Shown here: positions 38,033-46,243 of the stretch, piece by piece
Layout: each line of letters opens with the position of its first letter
How positions within the stretch are numbered: position 1 is the stretch's first letter
From: a virus
Taxonomy: Duplodnaviria > Caudoviricetes
Length of the DNA stretch: 57,327 nt
Strand: one strand, 5' to 3'
IMG/VR virus record: IMGVR_UViG_3300027612_000001
Location: 1-57,327 of that record
Translations under genes and position numbers: made by a program
Notes under the pieces: generated by a model
Told to the model about the DNA's origin: nothing
Database searches by the model: none
Seen by the model: only the letters and a program-made list of their open reading frames with translations

Positions 38033-38730
38033 AGAGTTGCTACCAATTTGTTGTTGACGATGGAGTATGTGACGTTGAGGTCAGTCAAGACGTATGCGTC
38101 GTAGTCTTCTGGCGTGATGTTCACGTCGTCGTCTGTCGTGTACTTATCAAGGTTGAGTGTCTGAGCGACTGGGTCAAACTTGATGCCTTGGAACATGGGC
38201 TTTGCGGCGGAGTCTGTCAGCGTGTAGCCGGATTCGTCTTCTTTGACGACTAGGAATCTCCCGCCGTTACCCGAGAGCTCATCGTCGCTTGCTGGGATAC
38301 GGCCTGCTGTCCCAAAAATGATCGTGAAGGTCTTTGTTGGGTCTGGATCTGCGGTCACTGCCGTATGGCCCGCTGTGACCATCATCAACTGTTCTTGGTG
38401 GTAGATGAGGTCGTGAATTCCGTACTCCGTGCCTACAGCGTATGTTCCGCGAGGCTTGAAGAATCCACCGTAAGGAACGTCCACCCAGTTCTGCTCAGGG
38501 TCAAGATACAGACCGCGACGAACCTGAAGCGCGTAAGTTGTTGGATCTACACGGAATTCAAAGATGTTTTCTCTGACGTTACCTGAGTTTTCATCGAAGA
38601 TGTCGTTAAGCAAGTCGGCAAGTGTACGATCGCCAAACTCAGCAGATTCTAAGTAAGTGTCGAGCAGGTGAGTTCCTGTTCGAGCAGAACGGAAGTCAAT
38701 CTGTTCAAGTTTGGGACGGGTTTCTGCCAT
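38029..38730 (-). CDS. Tail fibre attachment/adaptor protein
   Basis: PRGTYAVGTEY..HDLIY motif; N-terminus resembles that of 25811..27646 (AE.G..T...L...IFDE). Confidence 0.55.
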   Translation of the reverse strand: MAETRPKLEQIDFRSARTGTHLLDTYLESAEFGDRTLADLLNDIFDENSGNVRENIFEFRVDPTTYALQVRRGLYLDPEQNWVDVPYGGFFKPRGTYAVGTEYGIHDLIYHQEQLMMVTAGHTAVTADPDPTKTFTIIFGTAGRIPASDDELSGNGGRFLVVKEDESGYTLTDSAAKPMFQGIKFDPVAQTLNLDKYTTDDDVNITPEDYDAYVLTDLNVTYSIVNNKLVATL

Positions 38731-39002
38731 TACTCAATTCCATTCCGCTTTAGAAGCTGTATGACTTTTGCTCGGGTCAACGAGTAGTCCTCATTTACCT
38801 CGAACTTCTGTCGAAGGTAGCTAACTTCTGTGACTAGATCGTCCACCTTTGCCAGTATGGAAGTGACGTCTACTGGCTTCTCTTGCTTTGGGGCTGGGAT
38901 CGCGGCAATCGATTCTTGGATCAACGCCTTTACCCAAGCCTTTGTGTTTGGGTTTAGATCAACCAACTTCTCTAGCTGAGACGCTTTAGGTTGTGTTGCC
39001 AT
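38730..39002 (-). CDS. Hypothetical protein
   Basis: TAATG-coupled ORF. Confidence 0.55.
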   Translation of the reverse strand: MATQPKASQLEKLVDLNPNTKAWVKALIQESIAAIPAPKQEKPVDVTSILAKVDDLVTEVSYLRQKFEVNEDYSLTRAKVIQLLKRNGIE

Positions 39003-40885
39003 TACTCTCCCTGCCTCTTGAGGTTCCCTTTCTGAATTTCCTGCTCAAGCTGTTCTTGAGGCATGACTGAAGCGCCGCGCATCTTCTCCATCATTTCCAT
39101 CTGTTGTGATGGCGATGGGCCAGCGTCAGCTTCTTCTTTCGTGATCTTGAACTGTTCGAGGTCGCTGACACCCATCGAGCGAATAGCTTCCTCTGCAATC
39201 TTCCCGGCTTTGTATTCTTGGTTTAGTCCGGTCTGACCCATAACTTGCAGAATGTTCATCCAAGTCTCTGCGTTACGAGTCGGCTCGATGGGTAGCGTCC
39301 CGTCTACCACGAGGTAGTCGATGTCTCCCTGAATCATGCCGATATCGAAGTCCAAGTAATCGTCTTCAATCAGTGGCTTGAGTTGTCCGGGCGCATTGTT
39401 TGCGTTGATTCGGAGCGAGCCTTCGTACTCAAGCGCGTCTTGTAGGTTGGAGACCATCATGCGAACAAGCGGACGCACTGTTGTTGACGAGATAATTCTT
39501 GAGATGACGCCAAGGCGTTGAGAGCCTAACTGTGTAAGACGCTGGATCTCCGTCGCCGTTCGGATACCGTCAGACGTAGGCATGCCCTGCTGTGCATCTG
39601 ATGCGGCAGACACTCGTTGCTTGAGGTCTGACATCGCACCGATGTCCTGCCAATGGCCACGGGTTACGTCTGGGATCTCTGCGATAAACACGCCGTCACC
39701 GGGCTTTGTACCCGGCAGTGTTCTGACCAAGCCCCATGGGTTTCTGTCGATTAAGTCTGGGACGGAAACCGCTGTTGGGTCGACGAAGACTAAGTTGTTT
39801 AGCGCCGCTTGCACGTTGTCGATGCGTGAGCGTAGTAGCCACGTTGAGATTTCATGCAATGGCAACAGTAAGTCATACAGTGACTGCGCGTATGTCTTGT
39901 GCTTGTCGTGGTACAGGCCGCCGATTGTCACTGGGAACTGGCGGCCGTATGGGTTGAGCTGGAAGCGAATGATCGCGTACTCGTCTAGGACTGTTGCCAG
40001 AAGATAGACTTGGCCTAGCTCTGGGATTCCGATCTCGTAACCGTTGAGGCGGATCCATGCTTCGTCGACGATGCGTGATTGATCGAGCGAGAAATGGTAT
40101 CCGTTCTCTTGCGATGCTGGCTCTTCTGGGTTGATAGAGAGTCCGCGACCCTCCTCCTTAAACCAGCCGTGCGCATCCCATGCGTGATGGCGAACTTCCT
40201 TGCGACGTAGCCCCGGATATTTATTGAGCTTGGGGTACAACTCTGAACCAACAAGAGCGCTTGTCGACATGTGGTCTGTGAAGACGATGAATTGCATGCG
40301 ATCCCAGTCGCCCCACTGTACGCGAGGATCCGGGAAGCAACGACGTGGGTCGAAGTTCACGATGTCGTTCGTCTTGGTGACTGGATTCCATACGCACTTT
40401 GTCGGAGCGAATCCGTAGCGTATTGAGTCTAATAGCATTTGTGCGATGTTCGCCTCGCCTGCTGTCCGGCGCATGTGCTGATGTAGCAGGCGCTCTAGGA
40501 TCAGTGCTGACTTGCGGGACTTACGGTTAAGACCTTCCAACTGAAACATTGGGTTGCGGCCTGTGAGTGCCGACATAAGATAAGTAAGGACTGTGTCTGC
40601 GATTGCTCGAGTATCTGCGACGACAACTTTCTCGCGGAACTTCGTACTGTCGGCAGGAACCCATACGTCGTGAGCGCGATCTGCGTCCTGCCAATGCTTG
40701 TAGCGGCGGCTGATCTTATCGTGCGACATCTTAGTGATAGCACGGACGTAGTCGATCAGCTTGCGCTCTTGATCCTCTGACAACATGTCGGAGATATCTT
40801 GGTAGCTAAGCAACTGATCTTTGAGGTTACTCAGGTCAACAACTTGGTCGACGTGCTGAGAAAATGGTTCGGTCTTGTATCGCAT
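39002..40885 (-). CDS. Portal protein
   Basis: 627 aa after TerL; RTATEI, DSIRYG.A..K and FPDP motifs of podovirus/P22-like portals. Confidence 0.88.
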   Translation of the reverse strand: MRYKTEPFSQHVDQVVDLSNLKDQLLSYQDISDMLSEDQERKLIDYVRAITKMSHDKISRRYKHWQDADRAHDVWVPADSTKFREKVVVADTRAIADTVLTYLMSALTGRNPMFQLEGLNRKSRKSALILERLLHQHMRRTAGEANIAQMLLDSIRYGFAPTKCVWNPVTKTNDIVNFDPRRCFPDPRVQWGDWDRMQFIVFTDHMSTSALVGSELYPKLNKYPGLRRKEVRHHAWDAHGWFKEEGRGLSINPEEPASQENGYHFSLDQSRIVDEAWIRLNGYEIGIPELGQVYLLATVLDEYAIIRFQLNPYGRQFPVTIGGLYHDKHKTYAQSLYDLLLPLHEISTWLLRSRIDNVQAALNNLVFVDPTAVSVPDLIDRNPWGLVRTLPGTKPGDGVFIAEIPDVTRGHWQDIGAMSDLKQRVSAASDAQQGMPTSDGIRTATEIQRLTQLGSQRLGVISRIISSTTVRPLVRMMVSNLQDALEYEGSLRINANNAPGQLKPLIEDDYLDFDIGMIQGDIDYLVVDGTLPIEPTRNAETWMNILQVMGQTGLNQEYKAGKIAEEAIRSMGVSDLEQFKITKEEADAGPSPSQQMEMMEKMRGASVMPQEQLEQEIQKGNLKRQGE

Positions 40886-40921
40886 GTGCTACTAATACCT
40901 TCTAGCGTTTCGCTCGTCGTC

Positions 40922-42538
40922 CTAGAGTTCGCCCCAATTTTTGAACTCGGGGCCATTCTTGATCTCTTTAGACCACCAATCCCTTGAAGAGCTTGTCTTA
41001 AACTGGTTATGGAGCGATCCAGCCATGTCTAGCGGTGTTGTAAGCGCATCAGAGGCTTGTCCTCCCATCTTCGCAATGGCTTCCAGCCCCATAGTCATCG
41101 CGTCGATTTGGTCGTCATGTTTCCCGTTCGGGAAGGACTGAGCCTCAGTCATAAACTCATCGATCCAATCTGCACTATCTGGGACGAAAACTCGTCCCCC
41201 CTCTATCAACGGGGTGACTGCGTTAAGACGGCTGACCTTGTCTGTGGTGACACGAACTGGGATGACTGAGATGCCAGATTGATTCCTTAGCTCTTGGATA
41301 AGTGATTGTCCGCTCGCCTTGTCTTCGATGTAGAAGCCACGGAGACCTTGGCCACGCCAGCGAGTATTTAGCATCACTGCGGCACGCTTGAGCTCTGGGA
41401 AGTCGTAGCGGCCACGGATGACGTCTAGGAGAAAGATATCTCCTGCCCGGTCCATGCCGAGAACCATCATGACGGAGTAGTCGGCTGTCTCTGTTTTCTT
41501 GAAGGCTGTATCAGCGGCGATGATGACCGTACTGCACTCTGGCTTCTCTTTGTACTGACGCCACCAGCCTGACTTAATGAGGTTACCGCCTGCAATGAAC
41601 GGTGACTGTTGGTAGAGAGATGCGAACTCTCGAGGATCAAGGCGCTCTCTCTTTCGTAGCTCTTCAATCGGGAAGCGTGTTGGCCAGAGGGCTTCTTCTT
41701 TCTCCTCGAGGTAGGATCGCTTAGATGGACTAACCTTACTTAGTTCGCCTTGAGGTATGTACCTAGGGTCGTCTTCTGGCAATGAGGCGACGGATTTCTT
41801 GACTGAGCCAGCGACTTTTCGGATGGCTGGGAAATTGACGTGCTCCCATGCACCCTCTTTCCAGTCTTCCGTTTCCATGATTCGACCAGCGAGGTCGTCT
41901 GGATGCCATCGGGTAAGGATGACGATTTCGATAGCCGGAGCTCCATTTGGCTCTGGTTGCTTTCGCGTTGTTAAGGCGGAGACGTAGTAGCTCCACGTCT
42001 TGTTTCTTTGGGTGGCGCTGTCCGCCTCCTCTCGAGCCTTGACTGGGTCGTCCACCAAGAGAAGGGTCGCCGCGCGACCAGTCGTTGAACCCCCGAGGCC
42101 GGTTGCGTAATACCCGCCCCCGCTTGCGGTGCGCCAATCGTCTACCGCCCGACTTTCATCAGAGAGGATAAAATCTGGGAAAGCCTGCTGGATGATTGGC
42201 TCTCTGGCGTTATCTCGAGTTTGTCTTCCGAAAGTTTTGGCGAGGTCTTGGTTGTAACTGGTGGCGAGGACGTTTCGGTTTGGCCGCTTAGCGAGGTAGT
42301 AGACTGGGAATAAGGTTGAGGCCAGCCAAGACTTTCCATGACGAGGCGGCATTGTGATAAGTAAACGTCTTTTGCCAAGTGAGCCGCTTTCCAGCTTGTC
42401 GAGTACGTCGATAAGCTCAAGTTGAAAATCTGCGAGTTCAAACTCTGGAGATACTGCTTGTACAAATCCATGGAAGTTATCCTGTGCTTTCTGAATCGTG
42501 AGTAGGCGTTTCGCCGCTTGCTGTGGTGTTAGATTCAT
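40922..42538 (-). CDS. terL: Terminase large subunit
   Basis: ITMPPRHGKS Walker A, LLLVDDPVK, TRWHPDDL, IEDKASG, FPNGKHDDQIDAMT. Confidence 0.95.
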   Translation of the reverse strand: MNLTPQQAAKRLLTIQKAQDNFHGFVQAVSPEFELADFQLELIDVLDKLESGSLGKRRLLITMPPRHGKSWLASTLFPVYYLAKRPNRNVLATSYNQDLAKTFGRQTRDNAREPIIQQAFPDFILSDESRAVDDWRTASGGGYYATGLGGSTTGRAATLLLVDDPVKAREEADSATQRNKTWSYYVSALTTRKQPEPNGAPAIEIVILTRWHPDDLAGRIMETEDWKEGAWEHVNFPAIRKVAGSVKKSVASLPEDDPRYIPQGELSKVSPSKRSYLEEKEEALWPTRFPIEELRKRERLDPREFASLYQQSPFIAGGNLIKSGWWRQYKEKPECSTVIIAADTAFKKTETADYSVMMVLGMDRAGDIFLLDVIRGRYDFPELKRAAVMLNTRWRGQGLRGFYIEDKASGQSLIQELRNQSGISVIPVRVTTDKVSRLNAVTPLIEGGRVFVPDSADWIDEFMTEAQSFPNGKHDDQIDAMTMGLEAIAKMGGQASDALTTPLDMAGSLHNQFKTSSSRDWWSKEIKNGPEFKNWGEL

Positions 42539-42890
42539 TTGATACCTCTTCAAATTCCACGTCTTCCGCTTCGCTGGCTTCTTGCCCCTGCTTGGCGATT
42601 TCCATTAGTTCATCGACGGTCAGCTCGTGCACCTGCTTGTTTTCTACGCTGTGCTCGTTGAACGAGTGGTGCAGGTCGGGCATGACCTTGTTAAGCATTA
42701 CTGTGAATAAGCGAACTTGTTGGTTGTCCCACTTCTTTGAGCCAGCGAGAACTTCGCGCACATCTGGCAAGTTGCTACGCACGACATCCAGTACGCTTCG
42801 TCTGACCCTGTCGACCTGCATTGGTGTGACTGGAGGCAGGCCGCCAGTGCCACCCTTTGTTGGGTGAGGAGAGTTACGAACCTTTGGCAT
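42477..42890 (-). CDS. terS: Terminase small subunit
   Basis: LNKVMPDL motif, overlaps the terL start. Confidence 0.65.
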   Translation of the reverse strand: MPKVRNSPHPTKGGTGGLPPVTPMQVDRVRRSVLDVVRSNLPDVREVLAGSKKWDNQQVRLFTVMLNKVMPDLHHSFNEHSVENKQVHELTVDELMEIAKQGQEASEAEDVEFEEVSNESNTTASGETPTHDSESTG

Positions 42891-43059
42891 TTCTTAGCCC
42901 TGTAAAGTTGTGAGGATCAATCTGACGCATGACCATCTTCTGAAGAGCCTCGACATATGCGTCATATGTCTTCGTGATGAATTCGTTTTGCTTGTCAGAG
43001 GGGACAAACATCTCCTGAAACTCCTCAGCAGACCCTTCAATCTCGATCGTTACTTTCAT
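42874..43059 (-). CDS. Hypothetical protein
   Basis: Coupled ORF in the late operon. Confidence 0.55.
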   Translation of the reverse strand: MKVTIEIEGSAEEFQEMFVPSDKQNEFITKTYDAYVEALQKMVMRQIDPHNFTGLRNAKGS

Positions 43060-43193
43060 TACTTGAACCCCACCATAAGATCATCGACTTCCATATCCAT
43101 CGTCTTATCTTCGATCTGCCTAGCCTTGGCTTCTAACCATCTGGCTAATCTGTATCTCGCCTTTATGTACAACCTTCTTAACTTCTTTCTCAT
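43059..43193 (-). CDS. Small basic hypothetical protein (MRKKLRRLY...)
   Basis: TAATG overlap with the next gene. Confidence 0.45.
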   Translation of the reverse strand: MRKKLRRLYIKARYRLARWLEAKARQIEDKTMDMEVDDLMVGFK

Positions 43194-43204
43194 GGCTGAA
43201 ATCT

Positions 43205-43357
43205 CTAAAGGTACAACTGGGCTTTCACCAACTTGAGTTCGAGCGCGATGATTTTTTGCTCGAGCTTCAGGCTCTTTCTTCGGAGTCGCTGAGTATTTGC
43301 CATCAGCAATTTGAACCAAGTCTTTCTTAGCTTGCGCTTGATCTTTTCACTGTTCAT
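43205..43357 (-). CDS. Small basic hypothetical protein (MNSEKIKRKLRK..., 50 aa)
   Basis: Manual translation; first ORF of the leftward late block. Confidence 0.45.
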   Translation of the reverse strand: MNSEKIKRKLRKTWFKLLMANTQRLRRKSLKLEQKIIALELKLVKAQLYL

Positions 43358-43359
43358 TT

Positions 43360-43744
43360 ATTGACCACCTGTTTTCAATTTTTGGTGCGAAATTTCGGGT
43401 TGCTGGGCATGGCAAACACGAAACCGATCGGCGGAGAGGGGGTGTACCCCCCCTCTCAGCCAGTTTGAGTGGCAGGGGGGTGTCGTAAGACACCCGAAAC
43501 CCACTGTTCATGCGTGTGTTGGATCCTTCCGAAGGAGTATCTGGTAGTAAAAATCCCATTACGTTTCCTAACCTACTGATTTGTCTACGATTAAATAACT
43601 CTGTGGATTACAACGTAATCATTTCAAGAACTTACCGACCGAGTCGTCCACCTTTTCCAAAGGAAAAGAATAGGTGAAGAGATCGATGCCGGTCGGCGGT
43701 GGTCGTCGTCGGTCAAATCAATCCGATACTCGAGGAGAGTAATC
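43360..43744. promoter_or_regulatory. Early/late divergence region with several hairpins; candidate genome end or pac region
   Basis: Non-coding, multiple inverted repeats, just upstream of the terS operon and the first early gene. Confidence 0.5.
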
Positions 43745-44056
43745 ATGCAAATCACTAACGAAAATGTAATGTCTGGCAAGTTCATTGGTATCACTTCACG
43801 CGATCTCGTGGACTTCGCAATCTCGAATAACTCCGACTCGGAGTTGGTCACTCGCGTACATGCCGAGGTAACTCGTCGTGCTAACGACGAGACTCGCAAG
43901 GTCGCGTCACGCAAGGCAAGCGCGAAGCAAGCGCAACGTCTGGCGAGCATGCACTTCGTGCAACCGCCTGCGCCTACTGCGCCAAGCGCACCCGCTAACT
44001 TGAGCAAGCTCAAGAAGGCTGACTTGATCGCCATGATCGAGGCTCTCACTGCCTAA
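43745..44056 (+). CDS. First early protein, with C-terminal Rho_N/HeH-like motif
   Basis: GAGGAG RBS; LSKLKKADLIAMIE; has its own terminator. Confidence 0.65.
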   Translation: MQITNENVMSGKFIGITSRDLVDFAISNNSDSELVTRVHAEVTRRANDETRKVASRKASAKQAQRLASMHFVQPPAPTAPSAPANLSKLKKADLIAMIEALTA

Positions 44057-44066
44057 CACACACAAG

Positions 44067-44098
44067 GGGCGGCTCCTTCGGGGGTCGCCCTTTTTTTT
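44067..44098 (+). terminator. Rho-independent terminator
   Basis: GGGCGGCTCC-TTCG-GGGGTCGCCC followed by T8. Confidence 0.92.
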
Positions 44099-44125
44099 CG
44101 TCCAAACGCCAGAGGAGGTACGGAC

Positions 44126-44353
44126 ATGAACAAGCCACGCATCACCATCAAAACCACGCCGTATTGCACAGTGATACGCACGAAATCAACCAAGTTCGGG
44201 TTCGACTCGTGCGTGCTGTCCAATCGCGAAATCGCCGCAAACGGCATGACCGAGACGTTCCTACGCGAACTCGATCGCGCTGTCATCGGCGGTTACCCAG
44301 CCACGGCACGCAAGCTCGGTCGCATGGCCGAGTACATGGGTGTTCAAGCCTAG
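44126..44353 (+). CDS. Early hypothetical protein
   Basis: AGGAGG RBS. Confidence 0.65.
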   Translation: MNKPRITIKTTPYCTVIRTKSTKFGFDSCVLSNREIAANGMTETFLRELDRAVIGGYPATARKLGRMAEYMGVQA

Positions 44354-44429
44354 TGCATCAGCCCATGCGTTCTGCGGAGCGCATGTTCGGGTGTACTTAC
44401 CCGCTTTGAAACAACCAAGGAGCATCACA

Positions 44430-44648
44430 ATGCAAACAATCACACTTCGCGCCAAGCGCAAAAAAATCCCACCTCGTGTTCGCAAGGCTGTTGAGCTTTG
44501 CCTGCAACACAACGGCTTCACGTCAGACGACGCTCACTTCCAAGCGGAGTGGCTCGAGGCCACTGGAGAACTGCGCGTCACCGACGCACCAGATCACCTC
44601 AAGCGTGACCTCAAGACGTGTGGGCTTTTCCACTTCGTACAGTTCTAA
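44430..44648 (+). CDS. Early hypothetical protein (MQTITLRAKR...)
   Basis: AAGGAGCATCAC RBS. Confidence 0.65.
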   Translation: MQTITLRAKRKKIPPRVRKAVELCLQHNGFTSDDAHFQAEWLEATGELRVTDAPDHLKRDLKTCGLFHFVQF

Positions 44649-44723
44649 CTCGACAGACGGGTGTGCGGGCACTATCCTGCACATCTGTCACACATTTATG
44701 ACACAACTAAGGAGCATCACCAC

Positions 44724-44906
44724 ATGAACATCATCAAGACGGCGGCGGCTTACGCAACCATGGTCTTGCTTGGGCTCACGATGTCACTGGTTCTCATGAA
44801 CTGGGCGTCGGGTTGCGGGCAAGTCTTCTACTACCCAGACGGAACGTGGCGCACCGGTGAGTGCGTGCTTATCCCGCACGAAAGCAAGCGAGGTACATGG
44901 CAATGA
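44724..44906 (+). CDS. Early small membrane protein
   Basis: AAGGAGCATCAC RBS; N-terminal TM, GCG...GEC. Confidence 0.6.
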   Translation: MNIIKTAAAYATMVLLGLTMSLVLMNWASGCGQVFYYPDGTWRTGECVLIPHESKRGTWQ

Positions 44907-45082
44907 TTACGGAGCTACATAACCAACACGAGCTTGACGACTTCACGTTGTACTTGCTCGAAAACCTGCTTACGCGAACACACGGCAAGCGATGTGACAC
45001 ATACGACGAGGGCTGTGTCGTTTGCGAGGGATGGAAATTCTTCGATGGCCTGTCAGAGATAGTGAAGGAGATGCGCAAATGA
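44903..45082 (+). CDS. Early hypothetical protein (Cys-containing)
   Basis: ATGA overlaps at both ends. Confidence 0.55.
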   Translation: MITELHNQHELDDFTLYLLENLLTRTHGKRCDTYDEGCVVCEGWKFFDGLSEIVKEMRK

Positions 45083-45381
45083 GACACGAAACAACACTCG
45101 GGTACATCTGCGTCGACGCAGGAATCTGCATGATCGGCGACCCCTGCTACACGCTACCAGATGACGGGTCACATCGTGACGACGTCATGAAGAACTGGGA
45201 CAAGTTCTGCGATGCGCTCGGCGACAACTACGTCGTTCGATTTGGCGACGATGGTCGCCTCGGGTCAACGGCCATTGTCGTTGGCACTGGTTGGGGAGAC
45301 GGGACGTATCCCGTCAGGGCAATCATGGACAACGGGCGAGTCATGTCCGTGACCATCGACTTTGAGGGGGATGAGGAATGA
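45079..45381 (+). CDS. DUF4241-like protein
   Basis: VDAG...GDPCY...TGWGDGTYPV motif; AAGGAG RBS. Confidence 0.65.
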   Translation: MRHETTLGYICVDAGICMIGDPCYTLPDDGSHRDDVMKNWDKFCDALGDNYVVRFGDDGRLGSTAIVVGTGWGDGTYPVRAIMDNGRVMSVTIDFEGDEE

Positions 45382-45587
45382 GCAAATACAACCACATGTT
45401 CGACATCGCATTCAGCGTTGTTAGTGGCATCGATGAGCCGTATCGCTTGGTAAGCGAGGAACCGGCTGTTGTGCGTGAAGCATTGCAGAAGCGCATCAAC
45501 TCGATTTCAGACGAAGAACTCAAAGAGGCACTGGGTTGGTGCGACACATACGTTTGCGACACATACGGGGAGGAAACCAATGAGTGA
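45378..45587 (+). CDS. Early hypothetical protein
   Basis: ATGA overlap; GAGG RBS. Confidence 0.55.
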   Translation: MSKYNHMFDIAFSVVSGIDEPYRLVSEEPAVVREALQKRINSISDEELKEALGWCDTYVCDTYGEETNE

Positions 45588-45768
45588 CTTACATGAGATG
45601 GCAGAGGAGCTAAAGCAATGGAGAGTATCCCAGAAATTATCGACGCCGTTCGGCTTGTTCTCGATTTCCTTCGAGATGTACTCGGAGTCGGGTAAGCCAG
45701 CTTCCTTTTCCAAAGGAAAAGAAAAGGAGAGAAGGAAACCAGAATCCAAAGAGGAGGATCAATCATGA
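45580..45768 (+). CDS. Early hypothetical protein (MSDLHEMAEELK...)
   Basis: GGAGG RBS; ATGA overlap with the next gene. Confidence 0.45.
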   Translation: MSDLHEMAEELKQWRVSQKLSTPFGLFSISFEMYSESGKPASFSKGKEKERRKPESKEEDQS

Positions 45769-46214
45769 AAGCATATCTAATCGACCCTGCTGTGCAGGAA
45801 ATCAAAGAGATTGAGTACGACGGCGACTGGCGCTCGATCACGTCACTGATAGAGGCAGATCTATTCGCGATCGCACGCTTCGATGAGAACGGCGATGGCG
45901 TATTCGTTGACGACGAAGGGCTGTTCAAGGACGGCCAGTCGTTCTTCCAAGTCGAGGGCTACCCACAACCACTTGCGGGCAAGGGACTTGTGCTTGGCCT
46001 CAACTCAGCAGACGGCGAATCAATCTCGCCAAAGACTACGCTCGAACAACTGAAAGAGCGGGTTCAATTCTTCGGTCACTGCGCCAACTGTGGCACAGGG
46101 CTATACGATCTTGGGGCTAACGGCGAGCCACTCGTCGAAGGCCGAGTCTGTCAGCCTTGCGACAGATTCGTTCTGGCGTATCGACTCGCCAGACTTCAAG
46201 AGCAAGGCGTCTAA
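45765..46214 (+). CDS. DUF3846-like protein with C-terminal Zn finger
   Basis: MKAYLIDP...FVDDEGL...YPQPLAGKGLVLG; CANC...CQPC. Confidence 0.7.
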   Translation: MKAYLIDPAVQEIKEIEYDGDWRSITSLIEADLFAIARFDENGDGVFVDDEGLFKDGQSFFQVEGYPQPLAGKGLVLGLNSADGESISPKTTLEQLKERVQFFGHCANCGTGLYDLGANGEPLVEGRVCQPCDRFVLAYRLARLQEQGV

Positions 46215-46243
46215 ATGAGCATCACCAAAGTAAGGAGTAAATC

